Shown here piece by piece: positions 1-42,792 of a stretch of 64,000 nt of DNA (position 1 is the first letter of the stretch; every line of letters begins with the position of its first letter). Position numbers and translations under genes: made by a program. The stretch covers positions 558,001 through 622,000 of the forward strand of contig CAVNZM010000006.1 of the NCBI GenBank assembly GCA_963693365.1, written 5' to 3'. The notes beneath the pieces are model-generated. The model did not search any database, had not been told where the DNA came from, and saw nothing but the letters and a program-made list of their open reading frames with translations. The DNA comes from Amoebidium appalachense (taxonomy: Eukaryota; Protista; Ichthyosporea).

Positions 1-195
1 CACAGAAGACAACACACCACTTCATATACACCCACACCCACCTACCCCCACAGACACACACAAGAATACGAACAAACTCAGGCCCACACGCACGCACACA
101 CACACACACACACACAGACACACAGACACAGACACACACACACACACACACATGAACACGCACACACACACACACACAGGCACAGGCACACACAT

Positions 196-267
<72 letters not shown>

Positions 268-436
268 CCGCCACACACACACACACACACACACACCCTC
301 CGCCACACACGCAAACACACACAACCTCACAACCCCACAACAAACAACATACAGGCACAAGCTCCAAGCAACCCCACAGGTGCTGCAACTGCACACGTAA
401 CTACACGCACGCACGCACGCACGCACGGGCACGCAC

Positions 437-530
437 CGGCCAGCGCCTCGTACTCGTCCGCGTGGTCCTGCTCGTACTGCTCGCGCTGGAGCTCCAAAAG
501 CTCCTCCTCGTCTAGTTCCCAGTCGTCCAT
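437..530 (-). CDS. First coding exon of a gene continuing beyond the left edge; acidic N-terminus MDDWELDEEELLELQREQYEQDHADEYEALA
   Basis: ATG at 530-528, high-complexity GC-rich codons, donor G|GTGCGT at 436 followed by a (TG)-rich intron. The acidic start loosely recalls CTF18 N-termini but is too short to assign. Confidence 0.6.
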
Positions 531-690
531 GCTGCCCACTACCTGCCTGCCCTAGTATGGCAGGGCCTGCTTCGGTGGTATTATTCTCAGCGGCTATAAT
601 TTTACAACTAACGTAAATTATTTCTACTGTAGGTGTTGGTGCCTGAAATTGCCAGTGTCTATGCAAAGTTTTCCGAAATTTGCCCTCGAA

Positions 691-730
691 GTCTCGCAGT
701 GACTCGCAGTCTCGCACAGTCGCACTCAGT
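691..730. promoter_or_regulatory. Clustered AGTCTCGCA/GACTCGCAG-like motifs upstream of the left-edge gene
   Basis: gtctcgcagt gactcgcagt ctcgcacagt cgcactcagt, ~160-200 bp upstream of ATG 530. Related clusters at 1717-1814 (just upstream of the QPCT-1 ATG) and 27504-27514. Function inferred. Confidence 0.35.
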
Positions 731-1867
731 CAGATCAGCGGGGGGATGTTTGTGTCTTTACGGCCAATCAAGCCGCGGTACCTTCGCGCCATTTTTTCGA
801 TTGCCCAATCATCGTGAGCACCATTCTGAACCCACTGATTGGTGGCTTGCTGACAGCTCACTCAGCTCAGCTACTCTTGCTCATGTAGGTTGCTTGCTTT
901 TTTTTAGTGTGAAAGGGAAGTAGACTAAGGCAGCGTTGTAACTGTAACTTGATTGTCTAAACGATACCATATGCACCGCAGTGTTCGACTTACAGCGGTT
1001 GCAGTGGTGGGTTCGGTGCTTGCTGCGCAGGTCCATAAATTCAGGCTTTTGTGCTGTCCAGGATAGTAGTGTGCGCTCTCAGCCCTTATGCTCTGGCAGT
1101 CGTAGCTAAAGGGATGCGCTAGTCATCTGCTAAAAAGACTGATGCTGCCTGGTAAACCCCAGGACTGCGGGAAACCCCTTGTGCATGAGTTAGCAACTCT
1201 TAAACGTTCGTACAATCATGCATGATGTGCTGGCTTGAGTAGGCTTGAGCCTCTCTCACAAGCATGGCCACATGACTCTCTTAACTTTCAATGTTTTGCT
1301 CTGGATGTTGTATAGATAGGTGTTCATATATCTATAGTAAAACCTGGAGCCGTGAGCTGATAGTGCTGTATCTGTATGTGGTCTGCCGCCATGTGTTCAA
1401 CATCCGGGAACTGATGTCAGTGGGCATGCGTGCACGCTTTGTCTGTGAACGTGCAGATGTTACGTGTATCATTGTTCTTGATGAGCATGAACGACCTCCT
1501 CCGCATTCACCCTCCAGGCTTGCACTTGGCAAGTTAGTGTCAAAGGCGACTTATGTGCACAGGTACTGTTACAATCTCTGTTTTTCAGGCTCTCCGACGA
1601 GAGTCTCCGTGCGTGCATGGCAACCTCTGCAACATCATCTATCTAGTTACCATATATGGGCACCAATAATTTTACCTGCGAATCACTAGCCGCTAAATCT
1701 GGCGCGCACAGTTGCAGTCTCCCAGTCGCAGAGCGACGAGCAATTGCAAAAGAGCGACGCAGACCAGCCTCAGGTGGCTTAGACTCGAGAGTCTCACAGT
1801 CAGTCTCAGACTCGAACTTGTCCAAGGGAGGGGCTCACGATTCATAGTTCTAGTGTGGCCGGTCAAT

Positions 1868-8337
<6,470 letters not shown>

Positions 8338-8883
8338 GCAGACCTCTAAGGGGAGCGCCGTGTTGGGTACCTTTACTACATAGGCAACAAAACTATGGGG
8401 ATTTATTATTTTAGTGCTGGTGTTGTGTAAAGATAAAGCTGATCGATTTTCTTGGTGCTATGATACCCCATAGCTCTTCAGGAATAGCTCGACTTGACTA
8501 AGCGCTGAATAACTTTTTTGTACAGGCATGTATTTTTTGTTAGCTATTGAGTTCTAGGGTGACCATTGCTTGGTTGTTCTAGGGAGGAGCTAGGGGTTAG
8601 GGCGTGAAAAGGTGTGTGTGTGTGTTCAGGGGGGGAAAGGGTTGTGTGTGTGTGTGTGTGTTTCGGGGGAGGGGGGGGGGGGGGGGGGGGGGAGGGAGGT
8701 CCCAGCTGGTCTGGGACTGAGCACACAGACCGTGACGTATGCAATTTATCACAGTCGTGAAAGCCAGCTGTAACAGTTAGGCTGCAAGTGGGCGTAATGA
8801 TGCACGTGTACTATTTGGATTGGATAGCATAGATACCGAGTGTCCCAGGGCTCCCAGATACCGAGTGTCCCAGGGGAGCTCGG

Positions 8884-9102
8884 AAAAAAAAAAGAAAAAA
8901 AGAAAGAAAAAAAAACGGGGAACCCAACTAATTGATTTTCTTAGTCTTTATGGTGCTTCGTAGAGTAAGAAAACCTTGATATATATCAACACCCGACATC
9001 TATGTACTTGATCATGATATACCGCTGAGGGGATATTCCGAGCAAAAACCCCCATACCTGAGACTGGTCTCTCTTTGCCTCGAGTAAACAGCGTAAACCC
9101 CC
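8884..9102 (-). mobile_element. SINE-like structured element with T-rich tail on the minus strand (family A, copy 1)
   Basis: A-rich tract 8884-8915, then body CGGGGAACCC...GTAAACCCCC, collinear and highly similar to 14776-14969 with the same two ends. Strand assignment is inferred. Confidence 0.75.
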
Positions 9103-9304
9103 GCTAGCATATAGCTATATATGGAACAGATCCAACCGGCTTGGAGTCTGTATCACGTGCACGTAACTTAAATAAATAATACATAAAGAGAACTATCTGC
9201 ATGCATGTGGGTTCAACGGTGCATGTACTAAAACTAGTCTAGGCGTTGGCTGAGCATAAGCATTTAGGCTCCGGGCCCAGGCATACGTTGGGGTCCAGGG
9301 CCAA

Positions 9305-9339
<35 letters not shown>

Positions 9340-9340
9340 A

Positions 9341-9710
9341 AACCACATCGGCTAAGTCAAAGTATTTGCTCCGAGCAGAATTATTCTGCAAATTCAGCAA
9401 TAGAGCATGATTTATTCTGCAAAACCAGAATTATTCTGCCAAAAGCAGACTTATTCTGCAATTGCAGCAGAGCTATTCTGCAAAATTTAAAAGCAGAATT
9501 CTTCTGCTGTCTTTGAAGCTGCTGTCGAAATTAATTCTGCTACAAGCAAAATCAAATCAAGTTCTTCCCAAAAGCAGGGTGAATCAGGCTGCTCAAAGCA
9601 GAATACTATTATAAGTTCTGCTTTTGCAAAACAATTCTGCTTTTTGCAGAACAATTCCACTTTTTGCAGAATAATAATTTGCTTTTTGTAAGTTGACTGC
9701 CGATGTTGTT
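9341..9710. mobile_element. MITE-like element with imperfect TIRs and an internal array of GCAGAA-N3-TTCTGC palindromes
   Basis: Left AACCACATCGGCTAAGTCAA versus right TTGACTGCCGATGTTGTT (reverse complement AACAACATCGGCAGTCAA). At least 6 full or degenerate GCAGAATTATTCTGC motifs inside. No clear TSD. Confidence 0.6.
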
Positions 9711-9755
9711 GGGCCCTTTATTTGGGGAGGGGAGGGGAGCGGAGAGAATGGCTAT

Positions 9756-9809
<54 letters not shown>

Positions 9810-9955
9810 TATAGGGGTTGCACGGTATGGGGGAAGAAACTCGTGGAGTGTAAAACATGTACAGGGATCGAAAACAGGCCGGGGGGCTGGAGGGTCGAAG
9901 GCAGAAGAACATGCAATGCTCTGGGTGTGTGTGTGTGTGTGTGTGTGTGTTAAGG

Positions 9956-10040
<85 letters not shown>

Positions 10041-10648
10041 GGTTTGGTTTGAGGACATATCCCAAACGGGACCGGGCAGGCCGTGAAATAATGGCGGGGT
10101 GCAGGGGCTGGGGGAGGGTCAAAAGAGCTGACTTTTGGGCCCTTGAAAGAAAACGGAGGGGGGGGGGGGGGGGGGGGGGGGAGGGGGGGGGGGGGGGGCA
10201 CGTGCACAGTGACGTTCATGTTCGCTCTTGATTTGTATTTGTTCCTGTTTAAACTTTGTAAAATTTGGCCACTGTACACTGTCAAATGTTTTCTCACACA
10301 CATAGGCCGCCGCATGACCACTGATTCAATAACACCACTGACCTCTGCCAGAGTCTCTAACAAGTCATAAACATCAACCGTTCTTATATTCAATCGAGGT
10401 TACAGGTTTACGTTTAGGGTTCTTACGGACTTCGTTCTAAAACTCTAGTGCACACAACACTGCTTAATACTTTGTGCAAGCTTACCGAACAGCCCACCAA
10501 CAAACTTTAGGACCAAGCCAACAGTAACATCTGAACGCCTGCATACAGAAAGGGCGGCGAGAACTTGAAGGGAAGGTCACAGTGCTAGGAAACGAGTCCG
10601 GCTGTTTGAAAATCTGGTTCGAGCCACCGACAGCACCTTGTTCAAGTC

Positions 10649-11033
10649 TCACCGTAATATTATGAATGATCATAACTAAGTTAAGTTTCACCGTAATATT
10701 ATGAATGATCATAACTAAGTTAAGTTTCACCGTAATATTATGAATGATCATAACTAAGTTAAGTTTCACCGTAATATTATGAATGATCATAACTAAGTTA
10801 AGTTTCACCGTAATATTATGAATGATCATAACTAAGTTAAGTTTCACCGTAATATTATGAATGATCATAACTAAGTTAAGTTTCACCGTAATATTATGAA
10901 TGATCATAACTAAGTTAAGTTTCACCGTAATATTATGAATGATCATAACTAAGTTAAGTTTCACCGTAATATTATGAATGATCATAACTAAGTTAAGTTT
11001 CACCGTAATATTATGAATGATCATAACTAAGTT
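10649..11033. repeat. Perfect AT-rich 39-bp tandem array, ~10 copies
   Basis: Unit TCACCGTAATATTATGAATGATCATAACTAAGTTAAGTT repeated without visible mismatch (LNLVMIIHNITVK x10 in ORF 10482..11051). Confidence 0.95.
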
Positions 11034-11170
11034 ACAGATTTCGAGCAGCAACCTCCTATGGCCCGTTTGTCAGCCTACAAAGGGTGTTGCAAAATTACAC
11101 ACTAAACAGTGCCGCATTTCATTCGAATGCGTTGGACCAGGTAGTGGTTACATAGGAGAAAGACTGGGTA

Positions 11171-11367
11171 TCATGGGAAACCATGGGGGCTCGGGTCGGC
11201 CTTTGGGGCCAAAAAGGGCAGGGTGGCAGTGAATGGCTGGTAGCACTGGGCACCGTGCTGCTTGTTGCATAGTTTCATGTTGTGGTCCTTGAGCGCATGC
11301 GCCTGCAAAAAACCGAGTTAGTCAATGTTTCTGGTTTCACGGTAATATTTTTGCCCTGGAAAAAAAA

Positions 11368-11404
<37 letters not shown>

Positions 11405-12541
11405 GGGGGGGGGGTGGCTATGTAATAACTTGCTATGCCCAGAAGTGCAAAAGGTCCTTCTTGACCACACCTACCCCTCATGCCACTGTATACCACTGAA
11501 AAAATGGCAAGGGAAAAAAAATTCAGTGACACCAGACACCAGCAGGTTAAAGATAAGTTAAAAGCGTCCAATTGAAACTAAGGCATGTGCACCCACCTGC
11601 AATGAGCGCCATGCCTCGTAGCGCCTTCCACAGTCTTCCACCGGACACACGTGACCCAATATCAGTTGGTGCTTGCGCCGCCGATGTCGTTTACGTGGGG
11701 CAGGAGACACGTCTTTACTATCTGACTCGAGTGTGTCGGACCCATCCACGCTGCTTTGTGTTTGTCTTTTGCGGTCGTATTTACTTGTGTGTAGGTCGAC
11801 CGCAGGGGAAAGGCTGCTTGTTTCAGTCTTGGTGCTGTGCAGGGAACCATGGGAGTCCGATTCAGTGTTGGATGGTGCTGTGTTTTCTCTCAATATCTGG
11901 CCCAGTTGGCTAAAAATCTCGTCTGTTTCTGCGTCGGTGGCGGCTGCAAGTATTTTCAATGCTGCTGCACTCTGTGTGCCCTCATCCCTGCTACGTGCCT
12001 CGAGCTCCTCTGCATGCTGACCCGTTGAATTGGGCCACCTAAACACTTGCGGGCTCGACAAGTGAAGAGGGTGCATGGACGGAGTTGTTGGTAGGTTGTC
12101 TGAGCCACCGTGGTAAGTTACTTTATGCTCGGCTGTGGACAAGGGTGAATGTAGCGGGCTAGGTGCGTGGGCATGTGAAGTGAATGTGTTGCAGACGGCA
12201 GGATCAGAGTGACGCTTTCTTGGCCTATTGCGCACAGGCGCGTGTGAGGGGGAGTGTTGGGGCGCAGCACTGAGGGGTGGGTTGGCCTCTATTGCAGCCA
12301 CCACCGCCAGCAACTGTTCAATCTCCTCCAATTTGTTTTGCCATGGCCCTGCCCCACTGGTACTGTGACATGGTAATGGGTCGCTGTGTCTCCGGTTGAC
12401 GGTCTCCAGGTGGCCCAGAAAACTCTCGACCAGGCAGGCATCAAGCACGGGCAGGCATGAGGGTGTGCTGCCTGTACAGTGGCCACAGCAGCAACTTGGG
12501 TCCATGCTGGGCACCTCCCTGCTGCTGCACGGCCAGAACAT
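11171..12541 (-). CDS. Single C2H2 zinc-finger protein, putative transcription factor, ~358 aa
   Basis: Exon 12541-11597 (donor CAG|GTGGGT) spliced to 11302-11171 (branch ACTAAC, TTTTGCAG acceptor) completes C-PVED-C-GRRYEAWRSLQA-H-ALKD-H (C-x4-C-x12-H-x4-H), preceded by basic NLS-like PRKRHRRRK. The rest is S/P/H-rich. An upstream exon is possible. Confidence 0.75.
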
Positions 12542-14713
12542 GCTACTCTATGCGTGTGTGTTGGGGATAGTTTCTAGTTGGGGAATGCGCACCAACGTGT
12601 GTTGAGGAAACTTCTAAAAAGGTGCACGTCTAGTAGAGAGCTAGCTAGAAGTTGACACTGTGTGGGATAACTCGAGGGCTAAATTAAGGGCAAACGTAAA
12701 TTTGAATTCGAACACCAATTGATACTTAAAAAAGACTGAAAGCACAACTAATAATTGCGCTATGTTTGCACAGGCGTGTTTCTGTCCACTGAGAACATAT
12801 TGTCCGTTGTAATGCAGAGCTTGAACAGATATCCTTAAGTGCTGTGTAACATTTGCATGAATCAAAAGACTACGGTTGTACATACAACAATGCAGGGGGA
12901 TATGCTGCACGGGGCTGAACGTGAATCTTGTGAACTGGGCACATACAAGTTCACACATGAGGTTCTTTCCAACACAGCAAGCCGAACCAGATAATGCTGG
13001 ATAATGCTGCATACTGTGCACGCGTCATCTTCGCTTTATAGTTATCATCCCAGCGGAGAAAGACGGTCCGTGCACTCTCCACCATAGCTTGGGAGCCTTG
13101 GGCAAGCAAACAAACAACAAGCTACAGCCGAGGTTGAGGCTTCTGTTTGTGTCATAGTTTGCACATCAGCCGAACATTGGGTGGGAGCAAGTGTGGGGGC
13201 ACCAGCCAGTGTGAAATTTTTTATATATAATGACTTTATTGATGTGCTCATATGTTCGAAGGACACGAAAAAGAGATATCCCATATATTGTGAAATTTCG
13301 GTGCTTTCTCGGGTTTTTTTTTTTTTGAACTACCGAGACCGTGTTTCTAGGGCCGGGGGTGGATTTTCGTCGGCCATCCGTATCCGTGTGCATTATCGAT
13401 AAAAAAGGGAAGTGAATATTGAGGATAAATGTCTACATGTGCCTCCGCAAGTCATGTGTTTTCTTGTAACAGTGTGGCCCAGGAAGGTAAAATGGCGAAC
13501 TGTAAATTGAGGGGGTGCCGGGGGGAGGGGGTGCGTGGGAGGGGACTGCTGGACAGTCTGAGACATGTGCCCCTTTTTACGAAATCTCCACCAACTCGAC
13601 ACTATAGCTATACGTACATGTGAGGCTGTGGGCCCCGAGGTGAATGATCCCAGACAAGCAGTACAATAATTCCAACACCAAAAATACAGACCCAGGAACC
13701 GTTTACATGCAAAGCTTCTTCCCGCCCCTTTTCCTCATGTACCTGTTTAAATTGATATCCGCCGGCGGATAGTGTAGAGTTCTTGCTGCTGGTCTGATTG
13801 GCGGGCTAAGGACCAATCACATAGCTCGTCGAAATCGGTGATCAAGCTGAGTCATGCATTGCATCTACACTTGACAGTACTCGCTCACCGACTGTGTTGA
13901 CTTACCGACTCGTTCAACCTTCCCCAACAAAGAAATAAATAACTATATGCATGGCGTTATAATCTAATTAAAAGTGCAAAAAAATTGAGAGAGTACGGAT
14001 GCTTCAACCGTGGCTGAAGCAGCATCCGTTTCTTTGATGGACGTCGGCTGTCGGCGTCGACGGTCGGCCCGCGGGCCGCGGGGTGAACAAATAATTGGCG
14101 ACAGGTATAACGGTCAGCCCCAATTTGATTGGCTATTTCGACACCACTGCGTACATGCGCGGCGCCACCAGTGACCAGGTGCGCACCCGCGACCTGTGTG
14201 CATTTTGGTGATAAAACATCATGGCATACAGGGGCGTGTGGCCGTCGGACGAACGTCATATAATATTACTTACACGAATAAACACGCTGTTTCTTGAAAT
14301 GTTATTTTTTGCAATATTAATAGATTTCTTTGTGATCGTTTATTATGGACACACATGCATGTTAGGTGTACATAGTACCTGAATAACTATGCATGCAGTG
14401 CGTACACTCACGTATACGTATACATCTACGTACATCCATCCAACAACGTACATCGCTCGACACCGACATGATGAGATGCAAACCACATTTGGAAATCACT
14501 TGAAATAGTAGCTCTACATAAATAGGGACTTTAAGTGCGGCCATCGGCCTGGGACCAACAAAGATTCTTCATGAACCAAAGATCAGATTTCGCACCCTGT
14601 ATGGTATCGAATTGTCTCCCTAAACCAGAGTTTTTGGACCAATCCGTAACGTGTCTGGTTCAGTACAATGCGGATATTTGATTGGCGCACTCATAAGAAA
14701 TAAGTCAACTTGA

Positions 14714-14716
<3 letters not shown>

Positions 14717-14776
<60 letters not shown>

Positions 14777-14969
14777 GGGGAACCCCAACTAATTGATTTC
14801 TCCTTGTAGTCTTTATGGTGTCTCGTAGGAAAGTAAACCCTGATATATAGTCATCACCCGACATCTATGTACGTGATCATGATATACCGCTGAGGGGATA
14901 TTCCGAGCAAACCCCCCCTCATACCTGAGACTGGTTTCTCTTTGCCTCGAGTAAACAGCGTAAACCCCC
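14717..14969 (-). mobile_element. SINE-like structured element with 59-nt homopolymer and TSD (family A, copy 2)
   Basis: (C)AACTTGATAT at 14706-14716 and 14969-14979 flanks A59 (14717-14775) plus the ~193-bp body; matches 8916-9102. Confidence 0.85.
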
Positions 14970-15544
14970 AACTTGATATCGTTCACCTTCGGGTGACCTT
15001 CAATGAATTTTCCCTGCTTGGCTTGACTTGAAACTTGTAAGTCTTGTATATAGTAGAAGCTTTGAGAAGCCAGTGAAATTTACATGATACTTACATAGCA
15101 GGGTTTTTGTACATGGTGCCACGGTGCCGACTGTGCACACATTACTAACTGCATGACCATGCATGTGTGATCTCGTGACATATATGGTGGCACACACACA
15201 ATGTCATGCACCACCATGCATGATGATATATGCATCCGGCCAGCTCCAGCCCTCCCGGCAACCTTTCCGGCTGCTATCATGATTGTGTGACTGGGATCGT
15301 ATTACATACCGTGAATATTAATAGTCCTCGGATTTGAGCGACGTAGTCAGTAGTAAAGCCTTTGAATGGGTGCACGTGGGTGGGTGCAGGTGCACGTGGT
15401 TGGGTGATGCCCGTGCATTAAGTTGGGTGTGACTGCGGGACAGGCCCGCGGCCCCAGGGTGGGTGGGGGCTCCCTCGGGGCCCGGCGCAGGCAGTCTGCG
15501 CGGGGTCCACGTGGCCGGGGCTGCTCAAGCAAGAACCCCGCCCC

Positions 15545-18720
<3,176 letters not shown>

Positions 18721-19437
18721 CCTAGGCCTCGTTCGTCGCTTCAGCTTGTATACTTAGTTGCCATTGAGGCCCCAATTTCAAACAGAATGCTATTTCTGAA
18801 ACAGAAAAGTTTTGCCCCCGAGCACTCAGAATTCACGGTTTACCTATATTGAGTACCTTAATAAGATACTTATCCTTGGTGAACAGCCAACAATATTTGT
18901 ATTCTGTTTTCTGTTCATTTTACTTTTTGGATTTTCTCAAAGTGCGCATGACACTGTCCCTTTGCATTTTGTGAATATTTGCTATCTGTTTGGTTTACTT
19001 CGTCGGAATGTGTTCCCTACATACACAACGTACCGGTGCACATGGTAACAATGTTACTAGTACTATAATATGCCTTTCAAGCCACCCAGCCTGCCTATCC
19101 AATATTTATTATATCTATCTACATGCAATCCCTTCAAAAGTTTGCAACCGGACACCACATACATTCTACACTGCTAGCTAGTAGGGTAAAAATCACTCAT
19201 GTACATGTTATTAGCCTAAGGATGGTAACAAGCTTAAGACCCACGGTATGATCGTCACTTTCACATCACAGACAGGTGCATCCCCTCCCAGGGCCTTCCC
19301 GTGCACCCCCAACCACACATACAAAAAGACACACGCAACATACACACATACACATACAGTGCATGGATCTGTCCTACTAATATTAACAGCATGTGGCGTC
19401 GTGTGAATCCGTTCCCTTTGCTTTTTACTTTGCATAG

Positions 19438-19471
<34 letters not shown>

Positions 19472-19743
19472 CCCCCCCCCCCCCCCCCCCCCCCCCAACC
19501 ACCACCACCACCCACCCACCCACCCACCCACCCACCCACCCACACAAACAAACAAACAAACAAAAAAAAAAAAAAAAAAAAAAAAAACACACCCACCCCT
19601 AAACAACTTCGTTCAATATTATATAACACTGGAGACGGTCATTCCTGCCTTGGACAACACCTAATCTAGCTCCGTTGGGCAAACACACGGAAAGGGGCCA
19701 CTCACAAACAGAGAAAAGAGTGACAACTACACCAACTACCCCC

Positions 19744-26198
<6,455 letters not shown>

Positions 26199-27748
26199 TT
26201 TTTCCCCCCGTATCACTTCCTATAATAGGACTTGCCTAACTCACACAACCTTTGCGGGTGTGTTGTATGCTAATACTGCTAGAGTGTTTGGGCGCGGTTA
26301 ATGAGAAATGGAGCCCGGTGTTGCATAGCTGACCGTGCTGTCAGCCGGCCAGGCTGTTTCGTTTCAAAACCCGGAGGCTGTGTGTCTTTTTTTGTGTTTG
26401 AGCCCGGCCCAGCGGACAAGCTGACGGTCTATTCATTGCACAATGTCAATCTATGGTATGCAGAAAGGGGGGCTTCAAAGCCTGTGATTGGTGATGGGTG
26501 GATAAATTTAGCGGGTATAGTAGTCTACATGGGTAGACTTTAGGAATTGTTTTTATGCACGCGGTCTGTCGGTAGTAGGCCTGCCTATGATAGGCCCTGG
26601 TTCGATGAAGGCGCATCTTTTTCATGAGCTCTAGCCAGCGAGCTTACGACTTACACAAAGAGCTTGGCTGTGGCTCCCGTTATACGCTTGCTACGAAGAA
26701 GAGGCACGCGTATCAGTCGTTTCCTTGATTTATGATGCCTGGACGCGAAAGAGTGAATGGAGGTGTGTACGACTCTGCCATTGCCTCCTGAGTCAGCTGA
26801 TCATGATAGAAAAGAATTGATGACGCAATGGTGCATAATCAGTCACAGCTGTACACAGTGACTCAGTGAGCGCACGTTCACCGTGGATGGAGAGGCGTGC
26901 ACACATGCGAGATAGTAGAAATTCACGTCAAATTGCTATAACAATAAAAATACTGTGTGTTTATATGTTATACTACTTTGCATATAGAAAAAAGCAGCTA
27001 AATTGTTGTCATTATTACAATGTGCATAAACTTTGAAAGGTTTGGTCCGGGTGCACAGGCTGGCTCATGTAGGGCTGGAAGTACGGTAGATCTACAACTG
27101 AATCAGGGCTGCGAAAGCACAAATCAAAGATGCCATCGTGGGTGCCATTTCACGACCATTCATGCGTATTGAGCTCCCAAGAACAGCCCCAAATATACAG
27201 AGGAAGAAAAAAAAATCATAATTTGCGATAGAAGACTGCCTACCGATTTATAAATATAAAGACACGTATGTATGTATGTACTGCTACCGCAACTCGGCAT
27301 AAACATATAAAATCTACGGAAAGGTAACCACAGTCCACAGAATACCGAAAGATGAAAATATTCGAACAAGCTTCTCAGCCCCGGAAGAACCCAACCTTAG
27401 CCAATCGGATTTAGGCGTCACCTTCTGACTCTTATCCAATAGGTTGCAAGTGTCAACAAACAAAAAGCAGTGACACGGACCACGGCCGTGCACCGACACT
27501 CAAGAGTCTCGCACAAGGGCTTTTTTTTTTTTGGGTTTCTTTCTTTTCTTTTTTTTCGCTTTTGTTTGCTTTTCCTGCTTTTTCATGTATTTCATTCACA
27601 GCTACGTTGAACTCAAATCGTAATTCTGAGAAATAGATACTCATCCCGCTTCCCACCTTATTCAAGCATTTTGAGCCTATGCCGATGGGAACACCCCATT
27701 ACCTTCCCCCCATTTCCAGTACAATCACACCACTAGGGCGCAGGCACC

Positions 27749-42792
<15,044 letters not shown>

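Noticed and set aside
437-530. Naming the left-edge gene CTF18
   Set aside because: Only 31 low-complexity acidic residues are visible; the resemblance is too weak for a gene symbol.
22-717. 231-aa ORF and the many other CV/HT/P/G-repeat ORFs across the window (e.g. 16066-16872, 57561-58670, 57902-59035)
   Set aside because: They are translations of (TG)/(CA)/(GA) microsatellites and homopolymers that lack stop codons; the real coding sequence is in short spliced exons.
9375-9680. CRISPR-like array of palindromic repeats with variable spacers
   Set aside because: The repeats are only ~15 bp, the spacers are very short and A-rich, there are no cas genes, and the context is eukaryotic; a MITE interior explains it better.
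10616-10625. B-box-like GGTTCGAGCC suggesting a tRNA or SINE
   Set aside because: No A-box at the right spacing and no cloverleaf.
10482-11051. 189-aa LNLVMIIHNITVK-repeat protein
   Set aside because: The 39-bp unit is a multiple of 3 and happens to be stop-free in one frame; no ATG start and no synonymous variation between units.
14776-14969. Family A as a spliceosomal snRNA, U3 or telomerase RNA (contains TAAACCC)
   Set aside because: It lacks the U1/U2/U4/U5/U6 hallmark sequences and conserved C/D boxes; the internal TAAACCCT is not conserved in copy 1.
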